64,000 bases of DNA, taken from the NCBI GenBank assembly GCA_964304625.1, contig OZ199839.1:10775186-10839185 (forward strand). Reading direction: 5' to 3'. This DNA is from Kudoa neothunni (taxonomy: Eukaryota; Animalia; Cnidaria). Positions 14,990 through 28,586 of this stretch are shown one piece after another. Below the pieces are notes generated by a model. It did not search any database, had not been told where the DNA came from, and saw only the letters and a program-made list of their open reading frames with translations. Both the position numbers and the translations under genes were made by a program. Each line of letters starts with the position of its first letter. Positions within the stretch are counted from its first letter, which is position 1.

Positions 14990-15800
14990 TTATAATTGAC
15001 CATTAAAATCGAGCATTTAGAACATTGTTAGGCGCCCATCACAAAGATTAATCCTTCCTTTCCCAAATATATTTCTGAACCTTGAGAAATTCCTTTCAAC
15101 ATCAATAGAAGAAACTGGTAGCATCAATATATCTTGAAAAAGTCTCTAAAGGGTGGGACAAATATTCCACACTTTATTTCAGGAATCAATATTTGAGGGA
15201 CGAGTTGAATCTTTTTCATTTTACACAACATGTAATACTCGTTATTAACCTCGATCTTCTCTTTACCTTCTAAAAAGTAATAAAAATATTCAACATTTAA
15301 TTTATCAATAGTGATTGGAGTGTATGGATCAATATATTTCATCGTTTGAAAAATTTGGAGAGAACGAAAAGTTTCCTTAAAATTTTTGAATACTGATTGA
15401 TTAATTTCTTCATTTATGGCATCACAAACATTCTCACACTTAAATGTCAAATTTTTTCAAGATTCAAATGGAACAAAGCCAATAATATCTTTATGATTGT
15501 TGATCAAATTATCTCCCTTAATCAATAAATCATCCTTTATCGAATCAAAAATCCATGATGGAAAATTCTCGTTTGTTCCTACTAATTTTGATAAATCATA
15601 CAACGCAGAAAACATCAATTAAAAAATTTAATGATAAGATAAGCATATTGAGACTATCAGATTGTATCTTCAAAAATTCGTTAAATTCTTTGCAATATTT
15701 ACGGCCGTAGATCCACGATGGCTTCGAAATCGTTCCATTCCATCAAGTAATTAACCAATTCGTGTCATTTACTTCCAATTTCCAAACGTTCCTTTTTGGT
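14990..15800 (-). mobile_element. Decayed hAT transposase (C-terminal dimerisation domain)
   Basis: ORF 15124-15450 continues after a frameshift as LPVSSIDVERNFSRFRNIFGKGRINL, matching the hAT P.SS...ER.FS......R..L motif. Confidence 0.75.
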
Positions 15801-16199
15801 GGAAACCGATTTTTTCGATAAGAAAAATAAAATCGGCTATTTTCATTCAATTTGACGTTTTAAACTGATCGAAATAGATTTTCTCCTAAAAATATCTTTT
15901 ATAAATGCAGAATATATATTTAGTTTCATTAATTCAAGGACGAATTTTAACATAGCTAATTTGTATCCATAATATCCAAATGAAAATACAGTAAAGTAAA
16001 ACTATTTTGCCAATTCGTATTTTAAGTTATTACAATTAGCTGAATATTTTTAGCAGATGATTGATACATCACTAAAATTTAATAAAATGTTGAGTATTCT
16101 ACTTTAAATAATAAATGTTTGAAATTATCTTGTATGGCAACGCCAGATAATTGTGACAGTTTAACTTCCACATAATATTATATTTGAATATTATATATC

Positions 16200-18510
16200 G
16201 ATATTAGTGTTATTATTACTATCATCATTTTCTTTTTTTCTCAAACCAATAACTGTTTGAAATACATCTTTTGGTCTACCTCTCAATTTCACTACTGTTG
16301 GCAGCTTAATTCCTATAATTTTATGAATTTAACAAAATGGAAAAAAGATACACACCCTTCAAAGATGGATTTTTAGTTGTGGTATAATCTACAATATTCA
16401 GGATCTCCATATCAGTTATTGATGATGGGACATTATCATTAACTGCTTCTAGTATATCCTCATTCTGTATTCGTGATTCCTCAGTAACTAAACACGAAAT
16501 AAAAATTCTACTAAAAAAATATCATTAATTAAATATTGGGATTGAACTCTCTTGATTGTTTTCGTTGACAGATTTAGACGTCAACTTGAACTAAATTAAG
16601 TTGATATATGAATAGTGGAAAAAATAGTCACCTTATCCAAAGAATCCCCATTGGAAATAAGAGAGATTAATTCAACTAAAATCTTTTTTAATGAATTATA
16701 TTGACTCCCTGTTTTTTAGACCCTAGCGAAGCTATTTTCTTACAAAGAATTTCTAGCTCCCTGTATCGCTTAAAAGCAGAATTCGGAACGGGACACTGAC
16801 TCGAAATTTCTGTAATACTTGGTTGCACACAACACGAAGGATTTTAAAGATCTAAATTTTTGGTCATTATTTTTCTAGCGTAAATAATATGCCTACATGG
16901 TAACTCCATACTTACGTAGAAACAACATGTACAACTATTGGGATCAGGATTGGCATAGGATTCGATATGATTATTTATTTCATCCTGCATAATATTATAC
17001 GCATATGAAGTCAACAATGTTTTATATTGTTCATTAATGTCTGAGTTTAATTTCTCAACAGTTTGGGTTGTCCACTCTCTAACTGCTTTACTCTCACGTT
17101 CAGTTCTCATACTTGATAAATAAATAAGCAGACCGCTGAAAAAGATTTCAATAGTTGAAAATTTTTTTATGATTTGTTTCATTTTGGAATTTATGCATTC
17201 TAATCGATTATTAGTTCTATTTAAAAAAGCACCCTTTAGGTTCATGTATGCCGGGCACCATTCATGTTTGATTGGATCCCAAGATTTATTATAATAACTA
17301 ATGATTTTTTGTTACATGTCTTATTTAACAATTCATGGTGATTTTCTTAAATTTTTGGATCATCGGTATAACAAAGCTTTTGAATCAACTCTAAGGCAGT
17401 TTTTCTTTCAGCTTCGTTTATTCCCATTCTTAATCTAGAGATTTCTCTCCCAAATGTTCTTAAGACATGGTACAGGCATAAGTTTGTACTTTCGTTACGA
17501 AATACAGATCTTATAAAGTTTCTTTCAAACATGTCTTTATCCGTAATGAAACAAACTGTTTTGGTTGACATTTCCTCATTATGTTTAAGTAGAGATTGAC
17601 ATAACCAGGTAACAGTTACGGTACTCTCCTCAAATAAAAGAGCAATAGCTCCTATTTGACTTTGTCCAAAGGAATCGATAAACAGACATATATACAATGA
17701 CATACGATTATTGATTAATTTATAAATAGCATCCATAAATACTAGTTCGGGAAATTTTTTAATAACGTTTTTCATATAAAGGTCGGAAAAATATTCCAGT
17801 CATTTCATTGGATTATTGTGCAATATTTCGAGAGTTGTATTTGGGTGAGAATTTTTTATTGAATTCAACAACTCCGAAATATCAGATAAAACACTTTTTT
17901 AGTGTTTGGATATAATTATGGATTTGCTTCAAGGAAACCTTTTGTTGTGGCTGGTTCATGATTTCTACTTGTACTCTTTTTAAATTTCCATCATAAAAAT
18001 GAACATTTTTTATAAGATATTTTTCTTTCTTCATCTAATTTTCTATTCATTGGCAAAAAATCCCTAAAAGGCTCATTTCTGTTGCAGTTGTGAGTAACAT
18101 CCAATTTTCTAATAACTAACATGTTCATGTTTTTAGGAACTCGCATTGTAATGAAGAAATTGCAACCACTTTTATGGCTGTTGATTTTTCTCTTTCCAGA
18201 ACTTTTAGATTGTATCCGAATTCACATTAATTACATCAATGTTTATGTAGATAATTACATTTTTACCACCAATGAACACAACAAAAAGTGGCTTCATAAT
18301 AAACAAGATCAGAGTTCATGTCTCTATCAAATTTTTTTGGGGCAGTTGAGATTTTTCTAGAGTCTCGGATCCAGTAACAAAAGTTGTTCGGCTTTGAGTA
18401 CTTATCCATGAATTTTTTAGCCTTTTCAAAGTTTGTAAATGCATTTCCGACCTTAGGGCCTGATGTAGTATCCTGAATTAATAGTGTTTGATCAGATTCT
18501 CCTTCCACAG
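16200..18510 (-). mobile_element. Decayed MULE/Mutator transposase (FAR1/ZSWIM3-type)
   Basis: F..F.......Y......YWIRDS N-terminus; FPELVFMD..YK, FITDKD..ER.......F......LCLYHVLR, TNNRLECIN; SWIM finger CTCCFY....LPCRHI; KLRGRPK near the end. Multiple frameshifts. Confidence 0.88.
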
Positions 18511-20040
18511 GATTCTACTCGCGACTATCAACGTTACAACCGCACGCCAGAGGTTATTTTACTCGTTTATGGTGCTGTAACACAACATTAGATTAATTAC
18601 GAAAATAATATAGATTATAAATAATTTAATGTCATTTATAATGATACTTATGAATGAGTTTACAATATCCTCGATGTATTTTGATGATTAATTGTTAACT
18701 AAAAGATAAATGAAACTAAATTTATATTCTACATTTATAAAAGATATTTTAAGAGAAAAATCGCGTCCGACAAAATAGACACAGCCAAAAACCATTTTCA
18801 TGCAATATATTATTCTTGATTGCAAAAAAAAAATGGGAATGAAAGGATAAAGTAATTATACAAAAATGAGTGATAAAAATAGGGGGAATACAGTTATCTT
18901 TCGATATTAAGTGATTTATTAGGACCAAGAAAAAAAATACGCAATAACAAGAAATTTCATAATATCGGGACTTTACTATAGTTCAATCATAAAAAATTTT
19001 TAATAATTTTAATCGGAACATTTTAGTTGAAAAAATATAATTTGTCTAACTTTGAAGTAATATTCATTTTACATTTTTGAGCTCTAAATTAAGTGTGAAA
19101 TTTACATTACCATGTATAGATGATAAAGTGAGCGTTCATTACGTCCCATGAGGTAGTAGTCGAGTTTTTACACAGGAAGCACTGTTCTAAAATAATCAAA
19201 TCCGATTATAAACAAAATATATTAAATTCCTTAATAATGATAAAATATCATTTAAAATATACTTAATATACTATTTTAACCTTCCGATTGTCAATAAAAC
19301 GGATTTATTAATTCTTCTGGAGGTTGTAAGCAGGGAAAAATATTCTATCTGGTTATACCAACGTTGACTATATGAAGTTTTTAAGTTGTTTATTTTCGTT
19401 TTCTAATTTTCAACACTTCTATAAACATCCGTATATAAATATATAGTGCGGTACCTATCGATACAATACATTGGTCCCGTAATAAGATCAATTTTAATTA
19501 GATGAGAATGGTATTTTAAATCTTTTTTCTATCAATCAGACATCGATTTCTACAAAAAGCAATAAAGCTTTAAACGTTTAATACAGAAGTTTAAAAACTC
19601 AATAATGCTCCTAGTGCAAAAATGCTTACAATAAACTATAATAAATTACGATGCGCGCGCATAAATGCCTAATCGCTCAATTAAAATTTTCTTTTTATCT
19701 GTTTAACATGCGCAAAATATTGGTAATAAAATATAATTAATTTTATTCATACGAAATTGCATTGAAATATTGCCAGTTTTTTAATGGAGTTAATGGAATC
19801 TCCTTACCCAATATTATTCCGTACAAATTAATTAAAAAAGTTACCTGCTTCTCAAACTAGTTTAAAGTGCATCAAATGTAAATTATTTTTGCAATTGAGA
19901 GGGCTTGATCGAGCATATTGAGTGAGATATTCATTAATCTTCGGGGATTTAGGTTTGATCAAACACGGATAGATAAGCTAAGCGTTGCAGCCAGCATTTC
20001 ACTGAGATTTAGTCATATATGCAGGTATAGTGGGTTCGAG

Positions 20041-21775
20041 ATGGCATTAAAGTAATATTGAATCTGTTCGTATTCATCTCGCGGTGGATATGTTTGAATA
20101 ATTCATTGGAAATCATGTCAAATTTAGTTCAATCAATGCAACTCGAAATAAAATAAGTAATAGATCAAGGAATGATCTTCTGATATCAACCATAAATGAT
20201 CCTCCGGTGATTTCCTTGTCAAGACTTCAAAAAATATGTTTTGGAGGTAGAGCTAGACATTGAATTGTTGTTTGACACCACTGATCCAAATGACTATTTT
20301 AGGTATAGGAGAAAGTGAAAGTTTGCGACCTTTGTGTTGGAAGGTGATGCGTGAATAAGTTTTAAAAAATAATTTTAACTATGAAAATTCATCATTTGTA
20401 GTTATTGTTAAATTATTTGCCGCTGAAAAAAAGAGAGTGGCCACAATTTTTGGAACAACGGCGGAATAACTACTTAGAATTTGTAAAAACATTGATTATC
20501 GATCTTTCTAATGTATCCGCACAATGCTTACCAAACGATGATGTACAATGAAAAATTGATTGATTGATTGGAAATTCACATTATTAACATTACACCCATC
20601 TAGCCTCTCTCACAAAGAGACGACAGCAAATGGAATGTGTATTTCGAAGACAACAAAATTATCTCACAAATAACGAGCGATTGCATGTAATTCATCGCGA
20701 ATTTTATTGACTAAAATACTATTTTTAATAGTCGAATATGCCCTGGAATGGCCTTTTTCCTCAACGAAACCACACACCCATTATCACTCCTGTCGGGTAA
20801 TGCTAGCGAGTCCTGGCCCCTCTTCCAAATATTATGTCAGGTGGAATTAATTGTTTGCTCAATTTAGGTAAGAAAAACGTCGATGGAATACTCAAAAAAC
20901 GTATCAGTCCAACAACGTTGTCCGAATTTGAAAGTTATACCACGATTTCATCAAACAAAGAATGCCATTGGGAAGCTATATCACGCATTCTCTTTGTCTA
21001 CGCCAAACTCAATCAAGGAGTCAAATATGTGCAAGGGATGAATGAGATTTTGGCTCCTATATATTTTGTATTTGCAAATGATAGAGATCCTACATCGGCA
21101 AGTAGAATTTGTTGCTATCTTGTTTGATTGACTCAATCAACCTCCATTACCATAGAGTATGCTGAATGTGATGCATTTTTTTGCTTTTCGAATTTAATGG
21201 GAGAAATTGTGGATAATTTTATCAAAGTATTGGACAACAATATCAACGCAGGGTCCGGACGGTTGATGCACAATTTTATGTGTAAACTAAATGAGCTGAG
21301 ACCTGATCTTTATGTACATCTCACAACAAAGGGAATCAAACCCGAATTTTTCGTTTTCCGTTGGCTCACGCTTCTCTACTCACAAGAATTCAAATTGCCT
21401 GGTAAGCTGCTCATCTGCCAACAATACTTGTAAATTCTCGTTGTGCGGTTTTAGATGTAATTATGTTATGGGATACATTGTTTTCGGACCCTGAACGTTT
21501 CGAATACATATACATTTTCGGTGTTTCAATGATCAGGTAGAATTCAACTTTTTTTATGTTGTAGTAGATTTTTTAAATTCTTAATTCTAGTCTACTAGAA
21601 GATGTTATTGTCAACGGAGATTTTGCTTCAATTTTAAAAAATTTACTGGTACTATGTATTTTATTGTTTAAACCTCAATCTAATTTAATAGAATTTTCCA
21701 ACCCATCAATTCGGATTTGAAAATATACATAAAGTTGCGCTGGAATTTTATGCACCTGCTTGGGAGTTGAAATAA
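20041..21775 (+). CDS. TBC1D13: Rab-GAP TBC domain protein, TBC1D13-like
   Basis: Multi-exon model: LRPLCWK|LLLNYLP, arginine finger ITSDCIRICPGMAFF, HWEAISRILFVYAKLNQGVKYVQGMNEILAPIYFVF, AECDAFFCF, FRWLTLLYSQEF.LPDV..LWD.LFSD. Stop at 21773-21775. Confidence 0.9.
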
Positions 21776-24402
21776 CCTGTTCTGTTTTTGATTTTATATT
21801 TATTTATATTGTTTTTACGTTCATTATTACCGTGCAATAAACATAAGAAAATGGAATGGGTGGCGGGGTTTTGGTACTAGATAAAAAAGGGGGTTTTGAT
21901 TAGAATTTTCTTCTGTTTGATCGCTTTTGCACGTTAAAAAATTTTATTATTAATTTTAATCAATATTATGGCTGGAGTAGGTGGACGCAGTGATCACTAT
22001 AGTTTCTAAAATTCGTGAACGTGATGGAAAAACGTGATATTCATTACATCAAAAACGTATTGATTAATATAATTAATCCATAATTTTCTTAAATTTAATT
22101 TCAATAATTTTAAGTTCATAGTACATTTGTGCATTTAAAGGTGAAAAAAGGAATTTATTTGTATTATTTTTCGTAAAAACTTCTATTTTGTATATACAAC
22201 GCGATCGTTTATTAGTCCAACTCTAATACTCTAGCTTGCATAGTTTCCAAAATGAGTGGCCGTGATGACAAGCATGGTACGTGATGCATTTCACGCTCAT
22301 CGCGCCTTATCACCACCTTTAGATTATGACCCGAACTTTTCTCACAATATTTTTATGCATTTCGTTATAATAAAATATCAGATGTATTGCATTTAGAAAT
22401 AAATTACAGTTTTATTCCTCGGAGAGAATCAAATTAGTAAACCTTAACCTTGTTTGAAGTCCCATAAGGAACGAAATGTTTATTAGGTCCATCTGTCATG
22501 ACTTAGGACAAATAAGTGCAGTGTTATCAAACTTTTTTCTATTGTCCCATTATTAAATTAATGAAATATAAAATATACTAAAGTTGTTCAACTATAATAT
22601 TAAATGAAAAATTTATATTGACTATAAATTATTCTACTCTAAGGATAGAGGTTATACGGATTTTTCGTACAAATTTTGTTGAAATGCATATAAATCTTAA
22701 TTTTATGTATAAAACATTATACTCATAAAAAAATTCATTTTGCCACTTTATTTCCCTATAATTATTTTAAAATATAAGTTTGAAAATATATAAGTTATAA
22801 AGAATGAGTTTTTATCAAGTATTTGCATATATATATTTTTTATTGTTATAGTTCATTTCCTGATTTTTTTACTATAATTTTGAAAATATTGAGCAAAATC
22901 TATAGTATTTAAAAAAAATATGTTCCATTTTCAATGAGATTTTAAATATTTCCCACAATAATCTCACGATTATTAGTTGGATAATCATTTGAGAATTTTA
23001 TTGATCATTCTAATATTCTCTTATAACGTATTTAGTTATTTTATTAGGTAATTTTATTATAATTATAAAAAAATAAATAACAGTAAAATTATTTTACCGA
23101 ACAAGTGAGAAGTTTAACCAATTATTTTAGAAAATATTATCATTTTTTTAAGTTTAAACAAATGTATGAACTTATAAAATCAATCCTCTGAAGAAGGAAT
23201 TAGAAGAAAACATGAGAAATATCTTTATTAATCAAAAAACTATGACAACAACAATTTTGTTATTATTTTAGTAATAGTAATGTTATATTTAAGCCATCAT
23301 TTTTGCATGTCAAATATTTTTGCCTTGTTATAAATTTTTTAATATTTCTCTAATTTTAATATAAAAAATGTAGAGTTACAAAAAATGAACACAATTAATA
23401 AATTTTTACATCGTTAACATATGATTATTGAAATTGCTTTTCGTCCATTCATTCTAACATTTATTTGTTGAATATTGAAAAAAGACTAAAACATGTAAAT
23501 TTTCAAAGACAGATTTATAATAATCTAACTAAACCAAAGATTAATTATGTTTAACATGCTGTTGAGAAGATTAATTTATTAGCCTATGATAAATCCGTAC
23601 CATTCTTCATTCAAGTAATCTTCAGGATTCGAGAAAAATACCCATTTTGAGTGGACGACCAGAATATAATCACAGTCAAGCTCATCTATAGTGCGTTTCC
23701 TAGGAAATATGACCTACTAGTTATTTATCGGGTAAAATTATAGGGGGTCACTGGCCACAAGATATGGTCGACCCATTTTGGATTGCCCTATCGATGATTA
23801 ATAAAAGCGTCGACAAATTTCACCTCTCGACATATGGGTACCTCATTTCTACGAGAGTTCCCTCGTACTTTTCCCTTCTTGGCACAGTATGTTTTTGCAT
23901 TATTTAATAAGTAGCGACTTTATAAAAAACTGTCGATTGACTCATCAAAAAATTCAACGTTTGAAGGAAAATATCAGCTAAGATTTCTATCATCAAAATC
24001 TATTAACTATAAGAAATATTTTATTTAACCAACTAGATTAAAGTCGGGGTTTAATAGTTGACTCTAGAAATTCTTTGTTCGGGGACGCTTTCCATACTTC
24101 TCACTTTAAATAGCAACCCCATCAAATTTGTTCTTTTTTTGAGGGACAATCTGCGGAGTTGTGGAAATTTTTTGAACCATGTTGAAACTGTTTGCATATT
24201 TAACTTGTCCTTTTTAGAGGTAATTAAGATGGTATCGTCCATGAACAAACGATATAATAATTGAAATATTTTAATAGGATTAAATTTTAAAGCAAACTAA
24301 GTATAAAATAGTTTGGAAAAAGTTACATTATTGTGTAAATATTAGTTTCACACATTATTGTTTTTCAAACCAATGACTTGAGACGAACCTTTACATTTTA
24401 CA

Positions 24403-24427
24403 TATATATATATATATATATATATAT
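24403..24427. repeat. (TA)n microsatellite
   Basis: Direct reading. Similar (TA)n tracts occur at about 37300-37325 (intronic) and 61311-61337. Confidence 0.9.
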
Positions 24428-25265
24428 TAAAGAATATCCCATATTATTTCTGTTATACGCAGACTTCTCCATGATTGGCTTAATAACATTTATTTTCCGT
24501 TTTCTTAGGAATAAGCACTTAACATTCTTGCAATTACTACAACGATTTGAAGCCTTATGAAGATATCCTTTAGCAATATGTCATGAAAAAACTATTTATA
24601 ATAATAAACAAGCAAAAAAGCCATCATCGCCCATAAACCTTAAAAACTCCTCATTGGGATCTTTAGGTAGTAAAAAAAACGCGGCAAAATAAATCAGTTC
24701 ATTTCTTAATGAAAAAATAATGCAAGCTCTTTAAAGTAACGAATGTGTCAAAATATATTATGAGTAATTAAATTCGCATGTTTTTTTAACGGAGCGTTTA
24801 TCGTTTATTGACACGGATCATAATCTCCAGGTAGGTATAGTTTTGGTTGTATTTAATTATTTTTAGCCCTAGGAGCGATAACGACGGGAAAAAATAATTA
24901 AATACAGAGGAATAAAAAAATGAAATTATATATTAATTATAAATAGGAGCTATCGGGATTAAAAATTTCATTGCCAATAGCCAATGCCTTCTTTTAAAAA
25001 GAAAAGAGATTACACATGGGAACAGTTTTTCCCGAAATGGGATTTAGTTAAAATTTGAAAGCTATACAATTACCAATATTTCAATTAACAATAAGTTAAC
25101 TATAGACTGAAACTATATAATATAAATATATAAATATTTTGTCCCATCGGTGGAGCATTGAGAATGAGAGAGTTAAAAGTTTCGCCAAAGTCCTTACGAT
25201 ATTAACAGAAAGACACACAATAAAGCAGAGATTCCAAATCCGTAAAAAAGACAAAAATTAAAAAA

Positions 25266-26695
25266 TCAACATTTTCTGTCAATATAATCCACTGAGATAG
25301 AAGAAAGTGCCTCGGCATATTCGTTGTGTCCTATTTTTAGCAGGCTGTTCATACCTTTGCTGATTAATTCCTTGGCAGCTTTTTTTGTCAGCATTATTCC
25401 ATCACTCTATTGTTTGAGATATTTTGTTGTTAATACTCACATCAGGTAACATTTACTTTTAAGACCAACTCGACTATTCGTTTACAATAACCGTTGATGT
25501 CATCCTTATGGTCCTTTTTCGAGGCTAGTTTTTTCAACAAGCTCAAATAGCCATTCACTTCAGTAAACTAAAAACGCATTCAAATAACTAATGCTATTCT
25601 CGATTTATTACTTGCTTAGATGCATAGATCAAAGGTGCAGTATACAGACCTAGGCGAATGTCATTTCCGGTGGGTTTGCCAAGTTGGTCAGCACATGTGT
25701 TGTAATCGAGAATATCATCTATCAGCTAAATCCAAGAATTTATTATAATAATGAATCCTTATATTTTATAATTCTTTTACCTGAAATGCTATACCAAAAT
25801 ACTTCCCAAAATCGTAGGCCAACTTATGTAAATCATGTCGATCTTTGCAAGCAGCATATGCGGTCTATTTCCACTTATATCAACACCCAGAATGAACACA
25901 TACCGCTTTAAAACTATTAGCAAACAAACTAGCTGTCTTTAGATAACATATCTGTAGATAGCTGTCGATTGCAGTAGTACTAGGGTTGAAACTGTTTTTC
26001 AACTGCAACAATTCTCCTAAAATATAACAAATTTCATGAGCATCTGTCACTGTCATTTCAAATCCAATCAACCCACCTTCCACGAGATCTAATATAACTT
26101 GAGTAAGATGGGTGATTATAGTGGGCTGGTTTAGTTTGGCTAATGAATTTGCTGCTACACCGATTATATGATCACCCGCCATGGTCGCAGGCAGAAGACC
26201 AAACTCTACTCCTAACGAACTTGCGTTTCTTCGGGTGGAAGCATTATCAATAATGTCATCATGAATAAGACTGGCTGTGTGAATCATTTCCGAAAACGCG
26301 GCAATGCTTAGTTGCGTATGGGCAGCTTCACTACACTCACAACGCGATAATTATTTTTGTAAGTAGAAATCACACATGAGAGAAAATCGCTACCTACTAG
26401 TACTGCCGCTGATATCGCTACCAATACCAGGCAAATTACAAGCTTTACTGATAGTTTTCCCGATTAGAATATTGGTGGTTGGCCTTATCATTTTTCCACT
26501 AGTCTGAAACTGCTTTAGAAATAGTTGACGATTCCTTGAAGGAATGGTTTCGAATTCCTACATCAACCCACCAACTGTTACAATATTCCACCCGATTTTA
26601 ATAGCCACTCAGTTTTTGCTTACTTTTGATATCATACTTCTCACTACATTAAGCTCATTATGAAATAGTGCCCTTGTGGCTTTATCGATGACCAT
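25266..26695 (-). CDS. PDSS1: Trans-polyprenyl (decaprenyl) diphosphate synthase subunit 1
   Basis: GKMIRP, EMIHTASLIHDDIID.ASTRR (first aspartate-rich motif), GD, LVEGE..QL, KTASLFANSFKA, GKP...DIRLGL.TAP..YA. Ends ..DYIDRKC* at 25266. The start codon is uncertain and an N-terminal exon may lie further upstream. Confidence 0.85.
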
Positions 26696-28586
26696 GGAGA
26701 TGCTAAAGGTACTAACGGGTTTAAATTTGGCCACGTGATATGTTCGAGAAGTATATTAAACCATTCATCTTGGTTCAAAAAAATCTTAATGATTCTATTT
26801 TATTGCATTTTTAAAGTTATTAGCCGTGTAAGCATTGTGAGTGACTTGTTTAAATTTTAGGGGGCGCTCCTTAGTTCTCGTAAATTTAGTCCTCAGCGTG
26901 TTTTATGTTCTCTAATTATTTTTAATTTCAAAGAAGTTCATCTAATTTCACGAATAAATCGATATTTGGCTTAATATACATATATTTTGTTCTATGTAAT
27001 AAATTGAAGTTTTAAGTCCCAGCATGCATTCGCGCACGCGCAAATGCATCTAGGATTTAAAACATTCCCGCGTCAAAAAGTTCATAATTTTTAACAAAAA
27101 ATTAGAAAACACATTGGTTGTCGTTTTGAATAGTTCTGGGACCTTGGATAAATCTAGGGCTTTCCGTCCCGATTGGAGGTCCAAGCATCGTAACGTGAGT
27201 CAACGAAAAAATTGTATCGCGAAGAAAGCTTTAAACTTAATCAGAACCTCATTCGAAAGTGTATCATGTATCAAGTACGATTTGTGAGCAATTGAATCTG
27301 AAAAAAAGTCCGGTAAAAAATCTTCGATTGATGAATTTTACTGAAAATTTTACTATGTTTTAAATCTAATATTTTCTATTTAATAATATAAACATAAATA
27401 AATTATTGAATTAAAATTTTAGGATCCAACGTTGAAAAATTATGTTTTAAAATTGGTTAAATTTATAAAAATTGTTTATTTATATTTTAAAGTAAACTAT
27501 AGGCGGAGTAAGAATTAAATTTTAATTATCGTCAAAATTAAATTGTCAGATTTTTCAAAATTCCTGTAATCTTCATGTTCCAAGTTCAAGTAAATATCAA
27601 CTCGAAAATTTCATAAACTAAAAATTTAGATTCAAGGTCGGGTCCTATGTTTATTTCAATCAATTAATTTTTGTATTTACGATTAAATTAAAAAAACTAC
27701 AACATCGAATTGACGCGCAGGCGCGAATACAGTACCAGATATTCTTCTTTAAAACATTTAACAGCAAAATTATTTTTAATTTATGATTTATACATATCTT
27801 TATCTATACAATGAGGTTTTTACGATTAAATTATTGTTCAACAAAACAATAAAGAAGTCAAAACGTTAAATTTATTATCTGTTGTATCTATTTTATTCGA
27901 ATTAGTTTTCTCGTTATAGTAGACTGCTTTTTTTATTTTCCATGTAATTGAAGTAGAAATATTTTCCCTTTCTGAAAATAAATTCGTTTTTTAGTTTCAT
28001 TTTCGAGAAGATGTGTAGAGTACTCCTGATAAATGGACTGAGTGCAGAAACTAAAATGAATCGAGAAGCATTAAACTTATCGATTTACTCGGTTAACGGG
28101 AATGAAATTGATAAGTCCATGTATTTGATTTTTACAACAGACAACGGACTATAATCTGGAGGTCAAGTGTTCTATTCTCGGTCCTCATACGGCATTGCTT
28201 CTGCGTTGCGAAGTCATACTCCAAAATGAAAGCTTAGGTTAAAATGTTTGCTCAATATTAAGTGTGGTTATGGTTATTACATCAGATGCTATTATCTATT
28301 AGATGTATCAGTAAACAATTTAACCCTCATCCTAAGGTTTAAATTTTAATCACAAAATAAATTAAAAATGTAGAATTACTCTATAGTGAACGTATCACTT
28401 TTATTATTAAATAAAATAACGACAATTATCGAGTAAAATGCTATAAGATTCATAATTTTGATTAATTTGGTGTTACAGTCTTAGTAGAATAAATTAGAAG
28501 GTGAAAATGAAAAATAAACAGAAACAATGAATATTTTTGAGCGATTGAACTATCGTTGTTTCAAAATCACAATAAACATATTCAAT

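Noticed and set aside
21993-22004. Recurrent GATCACTAT/CACTATAG words as CACTA or Transib termini
   Set aside because: No paired TIRs, target duplications or transposase were found.
26858-26867. TAGGGGGCGC CTCF-like half motif (similar at about 10830)
   Set aside because: The match is only partial, with two instances of which one lies inside an insertion; there is not enough support.
28321-28343. TAACCCT as a telomerase RNA template
   Set aside because: It is too short and is expected by chance.
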